From contig NC_058369.1 of assembly GCF_018350175.1 (NCBI RefSeq), forward strand, positions 5,334,001 through 5,398,000: DNA of 64,000 nucleotides. Reading direction: 5' to 3'. The translations under genes and the position numbers were made by a program. The notes under the pieces were generated by a model that saw nothing but the letters and a program-made list of their open reading frames with translations, was not told where the DNA came from and did not search any database. The stretch comes from Felis catus (Eukaryota). This document shows, piece after piece, positions 63,501-64,000 of the stretch (position 1 is its first letter; every line of letters begins with the position of its first letter).

Positions 63501-64000
63501 TCTCCTCCCTCCAACCTCATCCTTGGCCACGCTGAGTCCCTGCTGGAGGCAAGACCCTCTGCCTTCACACCATCCAGCACAGCCTAAACCTCAGGAACCC
63601 CAGCCTGCAGCCTGGGCACGTCCTCCCAGCTTGACCAACAAAATAAGTACAAGCTGTCAGAGCTTGTCTGTGTCCACGATGGGTCCTCTTCCAAGGAGAC
63701 ATTGATTCATCCATCCAATTAGTATCTACTGAGCCTCTCTGTGTCTGTCTCCCTGAGGCTATTTTTGGTTTTTATTTGCTCACTTAGATATCTCTCTCTC
63801 TCTCTCCTTCTCCCTCCTTCTCTTTCCTCTCTCTTTCTCTCTCTTCCTCCCTCACTTGTTTCCTCCTTCCTCAATCTGACTCACCTGCCAGCACTGTTCT
63901 TATGCAGGAATTTTCACGAGTGGAACCTCATTTATTTATGGAGCACTGAGACCATCACCCCATCCCCACCCCCACATCTGCCATCAGACAATGGGGGTGA

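Overview
This is mammalian genomic DNA, almost certainly from a felid: it carries dozens of tRNA-derived Can-SINE/SINEC_Fc copies and carnivore L1. Gene content and orientation match the human 19p13.2 ACTL9-OR2Z1-(ZNF558/MBD3L1) block. There are three intact genes. (1) A two-exon MBD3L2-like gene on the minus strand (CDS 27899-27855 joined to 24028-23450, 207 aa), which the ORF track does not resolve; it has a TATA-like box and a near-consensus DUX motif. (2) The olfactory receptor OR2Z1 (minus). (3) The intronless testis actin-like gene ACTL9 (plus). The first ~4.6 kb is the 3' half of a decayed betaretrovirus-like (HERV-K/MMTV/JSRV class) provirus with pol, env, PPT and 3' LTR; it retains Rec/Rem-type splice signals and an exact internal copy of the PPT. 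The remainder is a full-length decayed L1, older L1/L2/MaLR/DNA-transposon remnants, an RPL31 retropseudogene, a 25-nt U6 retrocopy, a solo LTR, an old local duplication, a 1.35-kb purine tract and a likely CTCF site. No prokaryotic-type systems are present. Family names and orthologue comparisons come from recalled consensus or protein sequences, not database searches, and repeat boundaries are approximate.
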